60,000 bases of DNA from Camelus ferus (taxonomy: Eukaryota), in contig NC_045696.1 in NCBI RefSeq assembly GCF_009834535.1, positions 6,512,001 through 6,572,000 on the forward strand, given 5' to 3'. Positions within the stretch are counted from its first letter, which is position 1. Each line of letters begins with the position of its first letter. A model generated the notes under the pieces. That model ran no database searches. It worked only from the letters and a program-made list of their open reading frames with translations, and had not been told where the DNA came from. Shown here one piece after another: positions 39,360 through 52,700 of the stretch. The translations under genes and the position numbers were made by a program.

Positions 39360-39480
39360 AAGTTAGCAAATGAGAAACTAAGAAGTGAGGTAACATGTGG
39401 AGGATCACACAGCCCAGAAGTGAGGACTCCAACCCAGGGCTTCCATTTCCAAGTCCAAGCTTTTCTTCACCAGCTACCTT
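39360..39480 (-). mobile_element. MIR fragment
   Basis: caaatgagaaactaagaagtgaggtaac...ggatcacacagcccagaagt...aacccagggc...tccaagcttttc. Confidence 0.6.
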
Positions 39481-39504
39481 AAGGGAGAGCCTTGTGTTGC
39501 TCCT

Positions 39505-39548
39505 GGGGGTGGGGGGTGATGGTGGGGAATCGGTGGGGGAGGGTGGGG
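39505..39548 (+). repeat. G-rich tract with G-quadruplex potential
   Basis: gggggtggggggtgatggtggggaatcggtgggggagggtgggg: six runs of three or more G. Confidence 0.6.
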
Positions 39549-40599
39549 ACCCGGAGTGGGGAGAGAAGGGACCAACCTCTGCTGATTACTCCCCATACAC
39601 CCCACAATATACGCTGAGGCTCTGACGGTCGATGCCCCTCCCCTAAAGGAGTTTGCACACCTGAAATTCACATCCAGGAATGACAACTCCCAAGTCCAAA
39701 GTCTCTTTTCCAGAGACCAGCCTGCCGCTCTTCACAGAATGACTCTCTGTGTGTCAGTTTCCACGATCACTAGCCACGGGGCTTTTCCTCACTCCTCGCC
39801 CATCTTTTCTTCCCTAGGGCTCCAAGAGCACTTATCAGATCACCGAACTTCCTGTCCAGCAGTTCGCAAAATATTACCCATTTGACTTTTGCTAAGGAAT
39901 TAAGGCTGTGACTTTTGAGTCCACCTCCATATTTTTCAGAAGTGCTATAATACCATACCTTAGGTTTCGCTGAAGTTTTGCTTAATCCCAGAACAGCACT
40001 GAAAAGGCAGAAGACAGCCCAGCAAAACAAACTTTAAACCGCAGCTTCAAAGCCAGCAGCAACGAACAGTTCTGAGGGACCTGGCGTTGCCTGCCGTCTC
40101 CCTAGACTATCTGTCAGATCCTGTTTGTGTTCAAAAGGATGCCGATCTTGTAAAAGAGTAAACTTGAAAAGTCTTGCTTTAATCATGGCAGCAATTAGCA
40201 AGTTTGGACACTGAATTATCTTTCCCTTTGCGTTGGAAACACAGTCAAGAATGGACTTGTGCTTGATCCAGGACGTCTCAGACAACTGATTCACATAATT
40301 CACAAAAGCCAGGTATTCATCTGAAGGGGCCCGGCTTGCTGGAATCTTCCCTCAGAGTCGTGTGCAACCACCCTCTGAGTTGAGCATACACTTTTAAAAT
40401 CATGACAGATGTTAATTTAGTGAATGGCTTGATTGATTTTTAAGGAGGAAAGGGAATGGGTTAGCCAGGCTTGGAACAGGGAATAGAGGAAAAGACACTC
40501 ATGACACTGCCAGGTTCAGAGGGAGCCACCCTCCAGGCTTCTGCGACTGATGCGCCAGCCGAACCATAATCTCCCAATTCCTCTGATTTTCTATCTGGA

Positions 40600-41960
40600 G
40601 TGTGCATGGCAAGGGGGCCACCAAGCCCTCCTTCACCATCTTTTCTTGTTGGCACCTTCAGCCTCTCCGCTGCTTCTCACCTTCAGCTCCCAAAATTGCT
40701 TCTCCTGATCTCAGATGTGTGAGTCAAGGCGGGGATTCGTAGCAGTGTCTTCGGAAAGTTCCTAATGCCTGTTGCTACTGGGTCAGAGACCTTTTGGTCT
40801 TCCAGCTGCTGCTCTGATGATTCATTTTCTTTCCACTTGGTGGACTTTTCCTCTTCACCACCCCCTGCCCTCAGTTATGTTCCCAGGGTCTGATACTCAT
40901 CCTCTGCTATTTCTCTTTATCCTCTTTCAGCATCCTCCACCACCCCCTCTTAACCACTCCCAGTCCCATTTCTTTACCTCTCACCAACAGAACCTCCTTG
41001 GAGATTCCATCTGTGTTTCTGACATCCCCTGGGACACCCCCCCCCCCCAGAGAAATGCTCAGAATGGACAGGTCCAAAACATCACCACCATTATCCTCCC
41101 TCCATCCAGCTACTTCTCCTGATTTTTGGTTCCAAACGACGGCACCCTCGTTCTCCCACATGGCCGCCTTGAAACTCCTTCCCTCCTGCCTCATCTAGCG
41201 CGAGCCCAGAGCTGCTCCCTTCTTACGCATCTCTGTGTGTGTCCTCCTTTGCCTTTCTGTGGCCACTGCCCTCCTCCGAGTCTGTATTCCTTATACCCAG
41301 CCTCTCAGAATCCCCCTCTGACAAGTCACTGCCGGATACATGTGCTCAAGTGCATCTCAGTCCAAACCTGCAGTGACTCCTCGTGGCTTGTCAACCCGAA
41401 CCCCAAACAGCCCTTTCAACCAGCCTGCCCTCCACTCTCAGTTCCTGGGGCACAAAACTTAAAGATCTAGCTTCTAGAGACCAACAGCCTCACTACAAAG
41501 CCCAGGCTCCCTCCTGAAACCTGTGACCATCAGCAAGTGGCTGCCCCTCCCCAGCCCGCTCTCCTTATCCCTCAAGCAAGGCTCATAATAAAGCCCACTG
41601 GGCAGGCGCTGGCTGTGAGAACAGAGATGCACCTGGAATGGCGTGGCCTTTGGTGGGCCCTGGGCTGTGTCTGCATCGCCAGCATCATCTCGATTCTTGT
41701 CACTCCCACTCCTTCCCTGACATAGACTCAACTCCTTTGCACCTCACAGGCCTCGCTACACTTGCCTCTGGGTGCACCTTTGTGCCTACTGGTCTCCTGA
41801 CCTCCGGTGGCTTCTCCTCCCACCCTGACCTTCAAAGTCCTATTTGTTCTCCAGGGCTCTCTGCCTTTCCCGACTGTCCCAGGTGGATCTGGTCTTTCCC
41901 TCTTTGACTCTCTAGCCCTTCATTAAGGATGCATGCCATTCTTGTCACAGTCTGCCCGGC
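40600..41960 (+). mobile_element. Long degenerate L2 LINE
   Basis: Pyrimidine-rich L2 body: catctcagtccaaacctgcagtgactcc, tcagttcctggggcacaaaactt, catcgccagcatcatctcgattcttgtcact. Confidence 0.6.
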
Positions 41961-43891
41961 ACTGCAGCCCTTTGTGTGCTTGGAGTAAATTTTTTCTTTT
42001 TAAATTATTTCTCCACCTCTACTCCCGTCCACACTTCCTCCCAACAGTGGAATGGAGGATGAGATCAAAAACTAAGTCTCTTTCACTCACATCTTCTCAG
42101 CCACCCAGCCTCCTGGAGAGCAAGCTACCAGACACCTGTACTGGGTGGAGATAACCGAGGGGCGGAGCCTAACTAGCCAGAAATCCTGATAGGAGTTGAT
42201 GAACAAACCCATGAAATACACGTTTTCACCAACTGTGGCGCTGGGAGGTCACAGATCGTTTCTTCAGATACTGAAAACTCAACAACATGCTCTTCAAAGA
42301 GCCCCGCTTAGAGAACATGCCCAGGATACTGGACTAGACAGGTTAACATCCATAATTATAAAATGCATGTTTAAATATACGTATCTTCATGCAGCCTGAG
42401 ACTCTGAAACACGATGTACTGGCACTGGCCACTCCCAGGTGGGATGATACACATTTGATTGTAATCACAGGAAGTGGCTCTTAAAAGTTTTAGCCCGATA
42501 ATATTTCATCTTCAAAACGGGCAAATCTGAGAAAATTCTCTTCATCTTAAAATTTAAAACACATTGAAAGCCAAGTACCCTTCCTGCCATAGGTATGCTA
42601 ACACAGACCGTGTCTAAGCATAGCATTTGAAGGAGACTGAAGTGTTGCGAATTCCCTGATCTCCTGGATGGGTCACGCCATGGAGCAGATCACCCTTTCC
42701 ACACCAAGACTGCAGTACATTTTTCCTCTCCTTTCTTTCCCTTATTTTCTTCTCCAGGGTCAAACTTTCAGTCCACAGAGAACCCCACTGGCTCTGCATC
42801 CGCTTTTCTGTTTGACTTCAATTTTATTCTTTCCAAAATACCCCACATGTTTCCTATCTTCCCTCCATGGGGTTCACACAGCTACTGTATTGTAGGTACT
42901 TGATGCTCTGTTTCTTCTCACTCATAAAAATATGTCTTTCCCTTTAATAACTCCCTTGAAACAATTCTAACTCTGTCTCTTTGTAATGGTCATCAAAGGA
43001 GAAAATGCACTATTTGGGAGTTTTCAGATACACATGTTTTCACAGTACTTTAGATTACAAAGTTCTGTGCTCTGTGTTTGTGGGATGGGATGGATGTAGG
43101 TTATGGTTCAACTGAAGATGTAATTACAGCAAAAATTGTGCCTTCGTGTCAAGGCCTGTTGATTCAACAAGCATTGCCTGAAGAATTATTCGGGCCAAGC
43201 TCTGGAAGCACAGAGGGAGGATCAGGTAGAATCTCCCTTGACACCCAGCTTACAACCCAGCTGGGGAGAGAGACAAGTGGACAGGCCATTTCAAAGAAGG
43301 ACCAAGCGGGACGGACCAGCTACAAGCAGGAGCGGGAGGGAAGTCTACCCAAGCCTCCCAACCCAAACCTGGTGGCTCATAGGTGGTTCCTTGGTGCTGA
43401 TGCTAAGCCTGAGCCTAAGTCAATGGAGAAAGTTTGCCATCTCACTTACAGATCCTTGAATTATAGACACAGTGAGGACAAGACAAAAGAAAGAAATTTT
43501 CAGAGGCAGAATCGCAATGCTGTTTCAAAAGAATTATAAAATACAGTGCATGTACAACTAGATTCAAAGAGTGCCTCGTTGATTTCCAGTGTCAAATGTG
43601 AAGCATATTTAAAACCTATCTCTAATTCTGAAGTCACACACAACGTTCTGCCACTGTGGGTCTGTGTACATTAAGTTTGTGGTTTTTAAAAACAGATAAA
43701 AACTGATATAAGTAAATGATTTAATCCACTTACTTCTTTGAGGCTTACTCTCATTTTTCTTTTCCATCTACTTTTAATTCAAGTCATATTTGTGGGAGGG
43801 TATGTGGATGTGTCTTTGTAAATGTACATGAATCCTTTGGGGAATAAAAGGTACATAAAGAAACAAAGAGACAAAAAGTAAATAAATTATT

Positions 43892-43932
43892 TGTGGCTGA
43901 CTGTGGCTGACTGTGGCTGACTTTGCCTGACT
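43892..43932. repeat. 10-bp tandem repeat (TGTGGCTGAC)x3 plus one degenerate copy
   Basis: tgtggctgac tgtggctgac tgtggctgac tttgcctgac. Confidence 0.9.
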
Positions 43933-45984
43933 ACTTTGCAGTCCCAAGGGCTGGCCAGTCACCTGCAGGTCCTAAAAGTACGTCTCGCAGCCAAGTGGCA
44001 TATGAAACTCAGAACACGTTCTTTCTTTGAGTACATGAAAACTTTCCACCCTACACCGATCATGGTCAGCAAAAGTGTCCCCAGTAGGTTGCATGACACT
44101 CTAGTCAGAGGAGTGAATAATAGTTGGACGGAGGTGGAGGGAGGTGGGAGACAGTTCTGTAGTCCAGAATGGTTAAACAATTTGGAAGTCAAAGTTAAAG
44201 GATGCCTTTGCTGCTGGATTTCTTAGACTTTTTAATATAATAATAATGATAACTGGGAATTTCCAAGTGGGAACTATAGACTCTGACGGAGTTCCCAAAC
44301 CTATCGGAGTATAGACCTTCATATCCCTTGCAGAGCAAGAATTGCACAGAACTCCCTTCAGGACTCACTGCTGGCCAGCGGGACTTCCCAGGAGAGATGC
44401 TGCTTTACTGTTAAACTTGATTGTGTTTCAGGATGCTCCTTCCAGCCTTCTGGCTAGGGGATTCGTCCTGCCCCTAGACCTCTAAGGCAAGAAGCGTAGG
44501 GCCAGCTTCTAAGGGGGCTCCCCCCAATTCCCAGGGGACTGGGTTATGAAGGCACTGGAGTGGAGCCCTCACTGTTCTCACCTCCCCAAGGCAGCAGGAG
44601 TCAGGTGGGTCATGGTGCCAGGAGCTGCAACCCTGAGTGTTTCTTGATCAGGTTATCACAGTATCCGTGTCCATGAGAACTGAGTCACATGACATGCTAC
44701 CCACCTAATTTGCTAAAGAGTGATGCTAAGATCAATGTCACTATAGCAACTCTGTCTAGAAGGCAATTTTGGGGACACTTATTCTTCAGTATAGACCTGA
44801 GGCAGAAATTATAGATTTGAAATTTATTAAACAAGACAAGATATCAAAAGTAAAGCACCACTGTATTGTGACATTGTTGGCATTGGAATATTCCATCTGT
44901 ATCTACACAGTCAGTTTCATTATTAACGTTATGGCTAAACACACACCCACATTGCCTTTGTCACTTGCACATGTATGTCTGCATGTAACGTAGCTCACTA
45001 TCTGTTTATACATACATTCTTTCCATGGACTTTTGAGACTAGGCAGAAGACAGGGTGGGTTCTCACTCCTTGCATTTAGGGGATTCTTGACAAAGGAGCC
45101 AAGTGTCCCCCAAGAGCCCATATATTTTCTTTCACTTGTGACAGGTGTGTGGGGTGGGGTTGGTAGGAAGCGTAGAGGTGATGTCAGATTACATGATATT
45201 TCAAAGCAAATGATAAATGTCTCAACGTTGCTCTTCAAAGGTAGGGCTAGACAAAGGGGTAACTGAGGAAGTAAGAAAGCCAGATTCATTTGGGGAACAA
45301 CCTTGCATTCTTTGGCAAAGAAGATGAGGATGAGCAAGATATCCCTCTGTGAATATTTGAAGCCCTAAACATCGCTGAGCAAGAGCGTGATTTAGCCTGG
45401 AAGGTGTGGGTTTCGCAAGCATTCATGCTGAGAAATGACACTGATAACTGCTATTGGAACTGGAAGCAGGATTCGTAGAAACAGAAGGGGCTGTCCCTTG
45501 CCAGACATGTAGATATTTCACTGGACAAACCCTCAAGTCTGTTAAAAGAGAAGGGTGTTCCTGATGCTTTAATATCTGTCTAGGTTCTAGGCTCGCAATT
45601 AGCAGGATGTTCTTTGGGTTTTAACTTGAGGGCTTTTCAAATGGAAAAAGGGCACCATGAGTTTCAGTTCCCACATCCTCTGCTGTAGGGAAAACAGAGT
45701 TTGGATAGCATCTTACCCTTGGGTTTGGTAACGACCTAAAGTTTCGACCATGGTACAAGGATCTGCCTTTCACGACAATCTGCCAGTGAAACGAGAAACG
45801 TTCTAGGCATCTCTCAGATCAGTTTCCATATGTCACCGATCATTAGATGTGTATAAACATGATGATTTGATATTTTCGCTTATCATTTTTCAGAGTTACT
45901 TAGAGGGCAGCCAGCAGCTAATTTACATAAATTAATAAACCATTCCTTCAGGAAACAAGTATTGAGCCTTTATTACCTATGACA

Positions 45985-46162
45985 CAGAGTGGATTTCTCA
46001 TGAAGTTAATGGAATGCAAGCTTCAGGGCTCCTCCCTTGCCCCAGCCCTTTCCAAATTTTGTACTTAATTTTATAGTCATCCTTTCAATCATTCCTTTCC
46101 CTTAAAGAGGGCCCTTAAAATTGTAGCATCTTCAAGCTTTGTAAAATATTGATCAGCCTCTG
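45985..46162. mobile_element. Non-autonomous hAT-type MITE (family uncertain)
   Basis: Termini cagagtggat ... atcagcctctg; internal gaagttaatggaatgcaagcttcagggc...cttaaagagggccc. Confidence 0.6.
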
Positions 46163-47769
46163 GTCCCGGCACTGGAGAAAACTCACAAGAAGTTCATAGC
46201 GATCAGCTCCCGACCTGGGCAACAAGGACTGAAATAGCATGTGGCTTGAAACCCAAATCTGGCCACCTGGGTCCTCAAAACAGCCTGGGAACTGGATCCT
46301 TTTCTGCAGTGTTCCTCCTCTGAGCCATTCCTTTGTATTCCGACGGCCCTGATGGTGACTCTGAGGATGGGTGGGATTTGTCATCCCAGGGACACAGTCA
46401 GACCCTGAGGTCATTTCCCTGAACCTGGAACCCTAAATGTGGGCATAAGCAGCCAGTGCAGCCCCCTGGTTACAGACCAGCCCCCTCCACCACACCACAG
46501 GAAGGAACGGCTTGCTGTGTTTAATGTGGATCAATACACTTCTAGCTTCCTCTGAGTCTGAGCTGCAGGGTCACAGGGAAGAACAAAACAAAACTGTGCT
46601 CATTCTGTTGCTGATTCTTTCCAGCATCCCCTCTAGGTCCTCAGCCCCCAGGTAGCACTGACGCTGCCTTCTCTTTCACTGTTTCCTACGGATGGGAGTG
46701 TTCTGGTGCCACAGACCACCCGCTTGTCCTTATGTATCTTCTGATGCCGTGAACCTGATCAGGCAACCCAAGTTCATCTCCATCTCATAACTAACGTGTC
46801 TAGAGTTCTGTGCTGGAGGATTTTAGGTCCGGAAGCACAGACTGTGTTCTGGAGTTAGGCCATGTGTGAACGTCTAGAATCAAACTGGATTGCAGTGACT
46901 GTTGGCTGATGGAGCCCTTCATCAGGTGATGCATGATATCAATCGAAGGGAAGGTTAAGTGTGCAGACTCCTCACAGGCGCCAACCTCTATCAGAAGAGC
47001 AAAAATGGTTTTTGGCTGAAAAGCCCTGGGAATATGGTTGAACTTTCTATGTGGACTCCAGCTGCACTGTGAGGAGTTGCCCACATCACTGTCCGCATCA
47101 GCCCACTGAGCATTCTGCCGGCCGGGGGCAGGGGTGGGCAGCCATTTCTCAGTCTCCCCTTTCTGGCTTTGCCTTTTATCAGGAATGCCCACATGCTCAT
47201 TTTTTCCCCTTTTCTCCCAACAAAGTAACACTGAGCAAGTAAAACTTCTTTCCCGGAACTTTTGCTTTTAGATTGTAAGTTATTCTCTCTTCCTTTGTGC
47301 CCTCAATTCTCCCTTCCAAGGTGAGGAAGCAGGCTGCCCTTGGTTCCTTTAATTGTCGGAGGGTTTGACTACTTCTGGCCACACTGCATTCTCCCCATTT
47401 CTAAAACTGGTGGCAGAAAACCACCAGAGTGGCAGCAGAGAGTCAGGTGTGTTGAGTCACATCTGCCTCCTCCGTGACGCTGCACCCTTGAGGGGCACAG
47501 GGCAAGTGCAGTTAGCTCCTCTGCTCTGCTCCTACCCAGCCCGGCCGCTCCAACTGCGCCCAAGCCTCCTCCCCAGGTGTGTCTACAAGTCACAGGTGAA
47601 GGGCTGGAGAGAGGACGGGGGGTCATAACCTCGGTCTGCCGTGCAACTTCACTTACCCATTAGCAAGCACCACACTCTGCTCGGCCAGCATAAGCTAACG
47701 TTAACTCTTGCCATGGCTTTTGAACTCTTTCTGGAGCAGAATTATGTTTATTGAAAAGAAGGGTTGATA

Positions 47770-47974
47770 CTACATATAAAATAGATAAACAACAACTTTC
47801 TGCTCTGTAGTGCAGGGAACTATACTCAATATCTCGTAGTAACCTATAATGAAAAAGCATATGAGGAGAAATGTGTGTGTATATGTATGACTGAAATACT
47901 GTGCTGCACACCAGAAGCTGACACAACATTGTAAACTGACTGTACTTCAATTTAAAAAAAAATTTTAAGTTAAA
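47770..47974 (+). mobile_element. 5'-truncated LINE-1 3' end with degenerate TSD
   Basis: atataaaatagataaacaacaactttctgctctgtagtgcagggaactatactcaatatc...cacaacattgtaaactgactgtacttcaatttaaaaaaaaa; flanks aaaagaagggttgata and aaaagaagcgctgaca. Confidence 0.9.
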
Positions 47975-50249
47975 AAAAGAAGCGCTGACACAGCACCTTT
48001 GGAGACACCTGATGTGCCCCAGCGCGAAGCACCGGCATTGCCGCAGAGGGAGGGGCAGCTGGGTTGCTTGCAGCGTAGCGGCTGAAGGAAGTGGTCAGGG
48101 AACTCACGTGCCTCCAGCAGTCCTCGGCAACTCTGCCACGCTCACGGCTGACCCTGGGGACTCTTGTGCCGGTTCTAAGATTCTGCTGTGTCCACCAGCC
48201 AAAGAAATACTCGACCATCAGCTCTGGACCCTGAAGCAGTGGGAGGAAGGACGTTGGTGGGCCGCCCCATGTCTCTGACATGAGAGGAGGTGCGGCAGGA
48301 AAGGTGTCAGGTGCTTGACATTGAGTGATTCGGCCTGAAAAAGTTTGCCTCTATTTGGTGCCTAAAGCCACACATTGGTGGTTCTTCTTGTATGAAGCAT
48401 GCTGTCGTTCAGGTGTATAATTACACAGGCACATCCCAAAACAAGAAAGTTCAGCCCTTCCATGGTTTCTCCTACGCTAAGGCAGAGCAAGAGAGTGCAG
48501 GGAGCCAGCGGACCTGCTTTTGTTGGCTCCCCGGGGCTGCTGGCAGCGGGGAGCCTCGGGTCTCCCCCCCCCCCAAACACGGGCTGTCTGCACCGGCTGG
48601 AAGTGTGGGGAGGGGAAGTTGGGGAAACAGCTCTTTCTGTAAAATGACCACAACTGTTGGTGGGAGGAAGGAGTGCTGAGAGGGTGGGAGGGATTTTTAA
48701 AAATGTGTTTTCCTTAAGCAACCAGAATCACACAAATCAGCTGTCTCCTTCTCTAACCCCTCCAAACTCCTTATGCATTTACTTAACTCGGTGAGGACCT
48801 GTCAGCTCCGTTACTTGCTTAGCATTTCTGAGATCCGGCTACTGGCGACTTGGTGACGCTTTTCTGCCTTCCAAACTTTTGCGGAGACTTGTCTTACAAC
48901 CTCTGGGTTGCCCCCTGCGTGGTCATTTATTATACTGATGACTAGGGAAGGAGGAAAATGGCTAAAAAGTACAAGCGCCGAGGGGAGCTGTGTGTAAGGT
49001 AAGAGCTTACTTGTTCGAGCAGAAATCTCCTGATACCTAGCTTTCATAAAATGATGGCATTTCAAAACACACGGTCTCTGTATTTGACTCTTTGGATTTT
49101 TAGGACAATTTCAAATTGAGAGAACTTATTACCTAAGGCTATTGTTGATCATTACATATTTGTTTAAATGTTTATGAGAGAGGGAAAAAAAGGGGTAGGA
49201 TCTGGGATTGACAATTGTGTGTGTGTGTGATTCTGAGGTTTCAGAAAAGGAACTTTAAGAATCACTTGTGATTTTTTTTTTCAAAATCCTTCCTTTAAGG
49301 TAAAAACAAAAAAGGAAGATTAAGATATCTTCTGATCAGAAGAGATAAACTGAAATGTGTGAATGAAATGGGACAAATTTTGGTCTTTAATTTTGCCAAG
49401 TTGAATGCTGCCTTGGTTGTAATTTTCCTAACTGGTGACTTAAAGAAATCATGAGGTCAAGAGACCTCTGTTGAACAACACATTCTTATGCCCTTCAGGC
49501 AGCTAAACACGGAAGTGCAGAGAGGAGATTAAAAAAAAAAAAAAAAAAACTAGCTTCACAGGAACAACGTGGAAATTTCACCCAGTATAACATTTATTAG
49601 CTGAGAACAGTCTAGACTCCCATGAAATTATGCACAGGGTATAAAACCCATTATCCATGGGTTGGGAACCATGTTCCTAATGTTTCCAAAGTCAGAATTG
49701 TTTACATTCCTTATACCTACCACGGAAAACTTACATAACTCTTTTTTCTCATAAGGATAGGTAACAGATTTTAAAATATTCTGATGAGGTTTCGCCTGAC
49801 GCCAGCCTAAACTGATTTCTCCACTGACAGGGAAGTACGTGCCGAAGGACGACCCCCCCTCCAAACTATATAATCACTGAAAATCAATAACAAACTTGCT
49901 CTCACAGACACTAGGAGGAAAAACACTTGCAAAGAGAAGGCAGAGCAATTCTTTCTCTCCATCTAGATCTCTTACACCCACAGCAAACAAGACAACATCT
50001 GGATATTGTTTTACAGGCACGAATAAAGCCCCCCACCTTTTTTTTTTCCTGCCCCATCATTAAGTAAAAACCCGTTTTCCACAGGCAAACAGCACTTGTA
50101 AATCCCCCAGATAAGCTTGGACGTCTTGAATGATTTAAGTCAGTTTTAAAAGGATCACAGGCTTTTCATTACCTTTTCGAAGTCAAGTTTTTCCGCAGTG
50201 TCTCCAGCAGGCAGCCTGCTCGGTACTGACAGAAGCCTGTACCTCTTAC

Positions 50250-50679
50250 CTGGGAGGAGGGATGAATGCAGACGCCTGGCTGGATGGGAAGTTGGGACAA
50301 GGAAGGCGAGGGGACGAGCCGTCCACGCAGGTTGCCTTGGGAGGGACAGGTCTCTAAGTTTCTCTCAGAATGAAGAAAACACTCTCGCAGTTTGCTGTCA
50401 GTCAAAAACAAGTTGGTACAAGCTTGGGTAGGATTTACCTGAAGGGACTGAAAGAGAGAAAGGAAGAGATTGGGAGAGATTGAGTGGAGGGAGGGAGGGC
50501 CGGGGAAGGAGGGAGGGAGGGAAGGAGAGAAAGTGAGAGAGGGAGAGAGAGACAGAGAGAGACAGAGAGAGAGAGAGAAATCTGAGAAAGGAGGCCACGA
50601 TGTCAGCAGTGTGTCTTAAGGGAATCCACAGACCCACGACAGATTCTAATGGACACCCAGTCCCGAGTCCTCCAAACAC
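50250..50679 (-). other. KCNJ15: KCNJ15 main upstream non-coding exon (first exon, or internal exon of longer isoforms)
   Basis: Donor CCCAG|gtaaga at 50250/50249, second donor CAG|gtaaat at 50439/50438, acceptor ctttcttttatacag|GTG at 50680/50679. The segment cccaagcttgtaccaacttgtttttgactgacag...aacttcccatccagccagg matches my recall of the human KCNJ15 5'UTR. No ATG on the minus strand. Confidence 0.75.
50451..50580. repeat. Polypurine tract, (GGGA)n/(GA)n, inside the upstream KCNJ15 exon
   Basis: ggagggagggagggccggggaaggagggagggagggaaggagag...gagagagagacagagagagacagagagagagagag. Confidence 0.9.
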
Positions 50680-50699
50680 CTGTATAAAAGAAAGCTAAT

Positions 50700-50960
50700 G
50701 CCCGTTTAAAGGACGCTAGTTAATCTTTAAGAAACTCTGGTCACTCTTATCAAAGCCCTTTTTTTAAGGCCCTTTGCGGAAATAAACTATAAATAAATAA
50801 CCAGATTATCTTTTCTGACAAGCCCTCCTTTACCCCTGTTCTCTCCTCTCCCCCCTCCACTCCAAATGAATATTAACAAAAGCCCCTCCTCTCGGGAAGA
50901 TTGGAATGAACCCATCCAGATCATACGCGTGCCAAATCTGTGTATAAACAGAGGGACACT
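50700..50960 (-). promoter_or_regulatory. Putative KCNJ15 proximal promoter with HNF1-like and forkhead-like motifs
   Basis: Directly 5' of the upstream exon. GTTAATCTTTAAG (50719-50731) and AATGAATATTAAC (about 50865-50877) are HNF1-like; TATAAACA near 50944 is forkhead-like. Motif matches only. Confidence 0.4.
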
Positions 50961-52494
50961 GTGTGCCTTTAACTCAGTCCCCTTATGGCCATGTTGATCT
51001 GTTCCTATAGCCTGTCTTCCCTGATCCCAAAACGTGGAGAAGTTGTGTAGATATGGGTGAAATCGAGTTCTTCTGCAGCACGGAAGCTGGGATTGAGATT
51101 CCATGTTGGAATCATCCCCAGTGTTCATCTACACAGTCTAGGACCTTTCTGAGAAATGGTCAGAATTCCATCCTCGAAACGGAGCCGTCTCTCAGTCTCT
51201 GGAAACAGAGGCAGCGGGCTTCTTTCTGGGATGCATTTGTGTGTCCCAGCAAGCTGTTTTGTGCAGCTGCCAAGGGAGGCCAGTCCAAGGCCCCTGTGGG
51301 TCACCAGCTGTCCCGTGGCCAGAGTGGACGCTGGTAAACCCTAAGAGGGAGGATTCCCACCGGCACTGTCTCCAAGGAGATCCCTGCACTGATCCAGAGA
51401 CAACACGTTGCAGGGAAGCAAAGCGTCTCCGTCGCCCAGGAGACGGAAGGCACACTCGCGCAGTCCCCTGCCTTGGCGCCTGGGCAAGGCAGGGCTCTGC
51501 ATCTGCTTTAAATTGGAGGGAACAGGGAGCAATCTGATATGCTGGAAGAAGATGATATGTCCCCTTTCCTGCGTTTGGGGTCCCACACTCCTGTGTACCC
51601 TCTCATTCTCCCTGCATGCAGCTGCATCTGTCCTGGGGGCTTGAACGAAATGAAGGCAGGAAAAGGCAAGGTGTTACTCTGCTTTTGGGGGGAAGGTCTG
51701 AGACCTCCCCCATTTTCTCCCCTCCTCTCCGTTGATTCCAGACCCAGGCATCAGTCACTCCCTGTCCCAGCCTCCCCAGTGGGAACGCTGCATCGCTCTC
51801 TGTCCTTCTGTCCTTCTCTTTCCCACGAAGCAAGTCTTCCTTGGCTGCCAGGGAGAGCGCGGTGGCCCCTGAGAGAGGACACTGGGCTCCCCGGGGCTCA
51901 GGGCTTGAGACAATGGAGAAGCCACATAAGGTCCAGACTGCTTCACGCAGGTGGTCTTCCTCCAGATCTTAGAATCAGGTAGACCTCACGGGAGGGAGGA
52001 TGTTATAAAACTCCCATCTAAAATGGGTTAACACAGAGGGGGAGGAAAACACAAGAGGGAAAACCCACTGTGCGATCTGACCGTATCCTACCCCAGATGA
52101 TTTGCACCAGCTGTTCCCTCCACCTGGAAGGTTCTCCCTCATCACTCACCTTCTCTATCGCTCATCACTGTTCAGGTTTAGCCCAAATGGTGCCTCCTCG
52201 TTGCCTGTGGTGCCACCTCTGTGCCTCAGCTCTCCTTCTCACTTTGTACCTCACCCAGCACTGTCTAAATCGTCCTCTTCATCAGTGACTGTCTCTGCCC
52301 CATCTCAGAGCTCGACCACACCTGGCTTGTTGGCTACGTGTTCCTGGAGGGACGTCTGACACATCATAGCCCCTCAAAAAATTAATTTGTCAAGTAGACT
52401 GGTGAAAGATTATAAATGAATGGCATGGTTTGTTAACATGGGAACTTTCATTCTTATTTTAATGCATATTTCCAGTCTCAGCTCTTATTAGTAA

Positions 52495-52700
52495 ACTGAC
52501 ATTTGAGTGTTCTGTCTCAATTTATAAAGCTCTTTGAGAAATGTGATTGATTGGATGCTCAAATCCCAAAAGGCATAATTAGTCACATTTTAAGGGCGAG
52601 GAAGTGGAAACCAGAGAGGGTAAGTGATTTTCTCAACGTCACACAGCCAGAAGGAGGTGGGTTGAGGCTCAAAGCAGCTCTTCTCACTCACCACCCACGC
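52495..52700 (-). mobile_element. MIR SINE
   Basis: cattttaagggcgaggaagtggaaaccagagagggtaagtgattttctcaacgtcacacagcca. Confidence 0.7.

Noticed and set aside
11437..40437. Exact 15-mer AATGGCTTGATTGAT at 11437 and 40423
   Set aside because: One or two exact 15-mer pairs are expected by chance in 60 kb, and the flanks do not extend the match.
43892..43932. Short tandem array as a CRISPR-like or regulatory array
   Set aside because: No spacers, mammalian context; an ordinary slippage-derived 10-bp tandem repeat.
44150..44310. Possible DNA-transposon fragment
   Set aside because: Resemblance too weak to assign a family or boundaries without a search.
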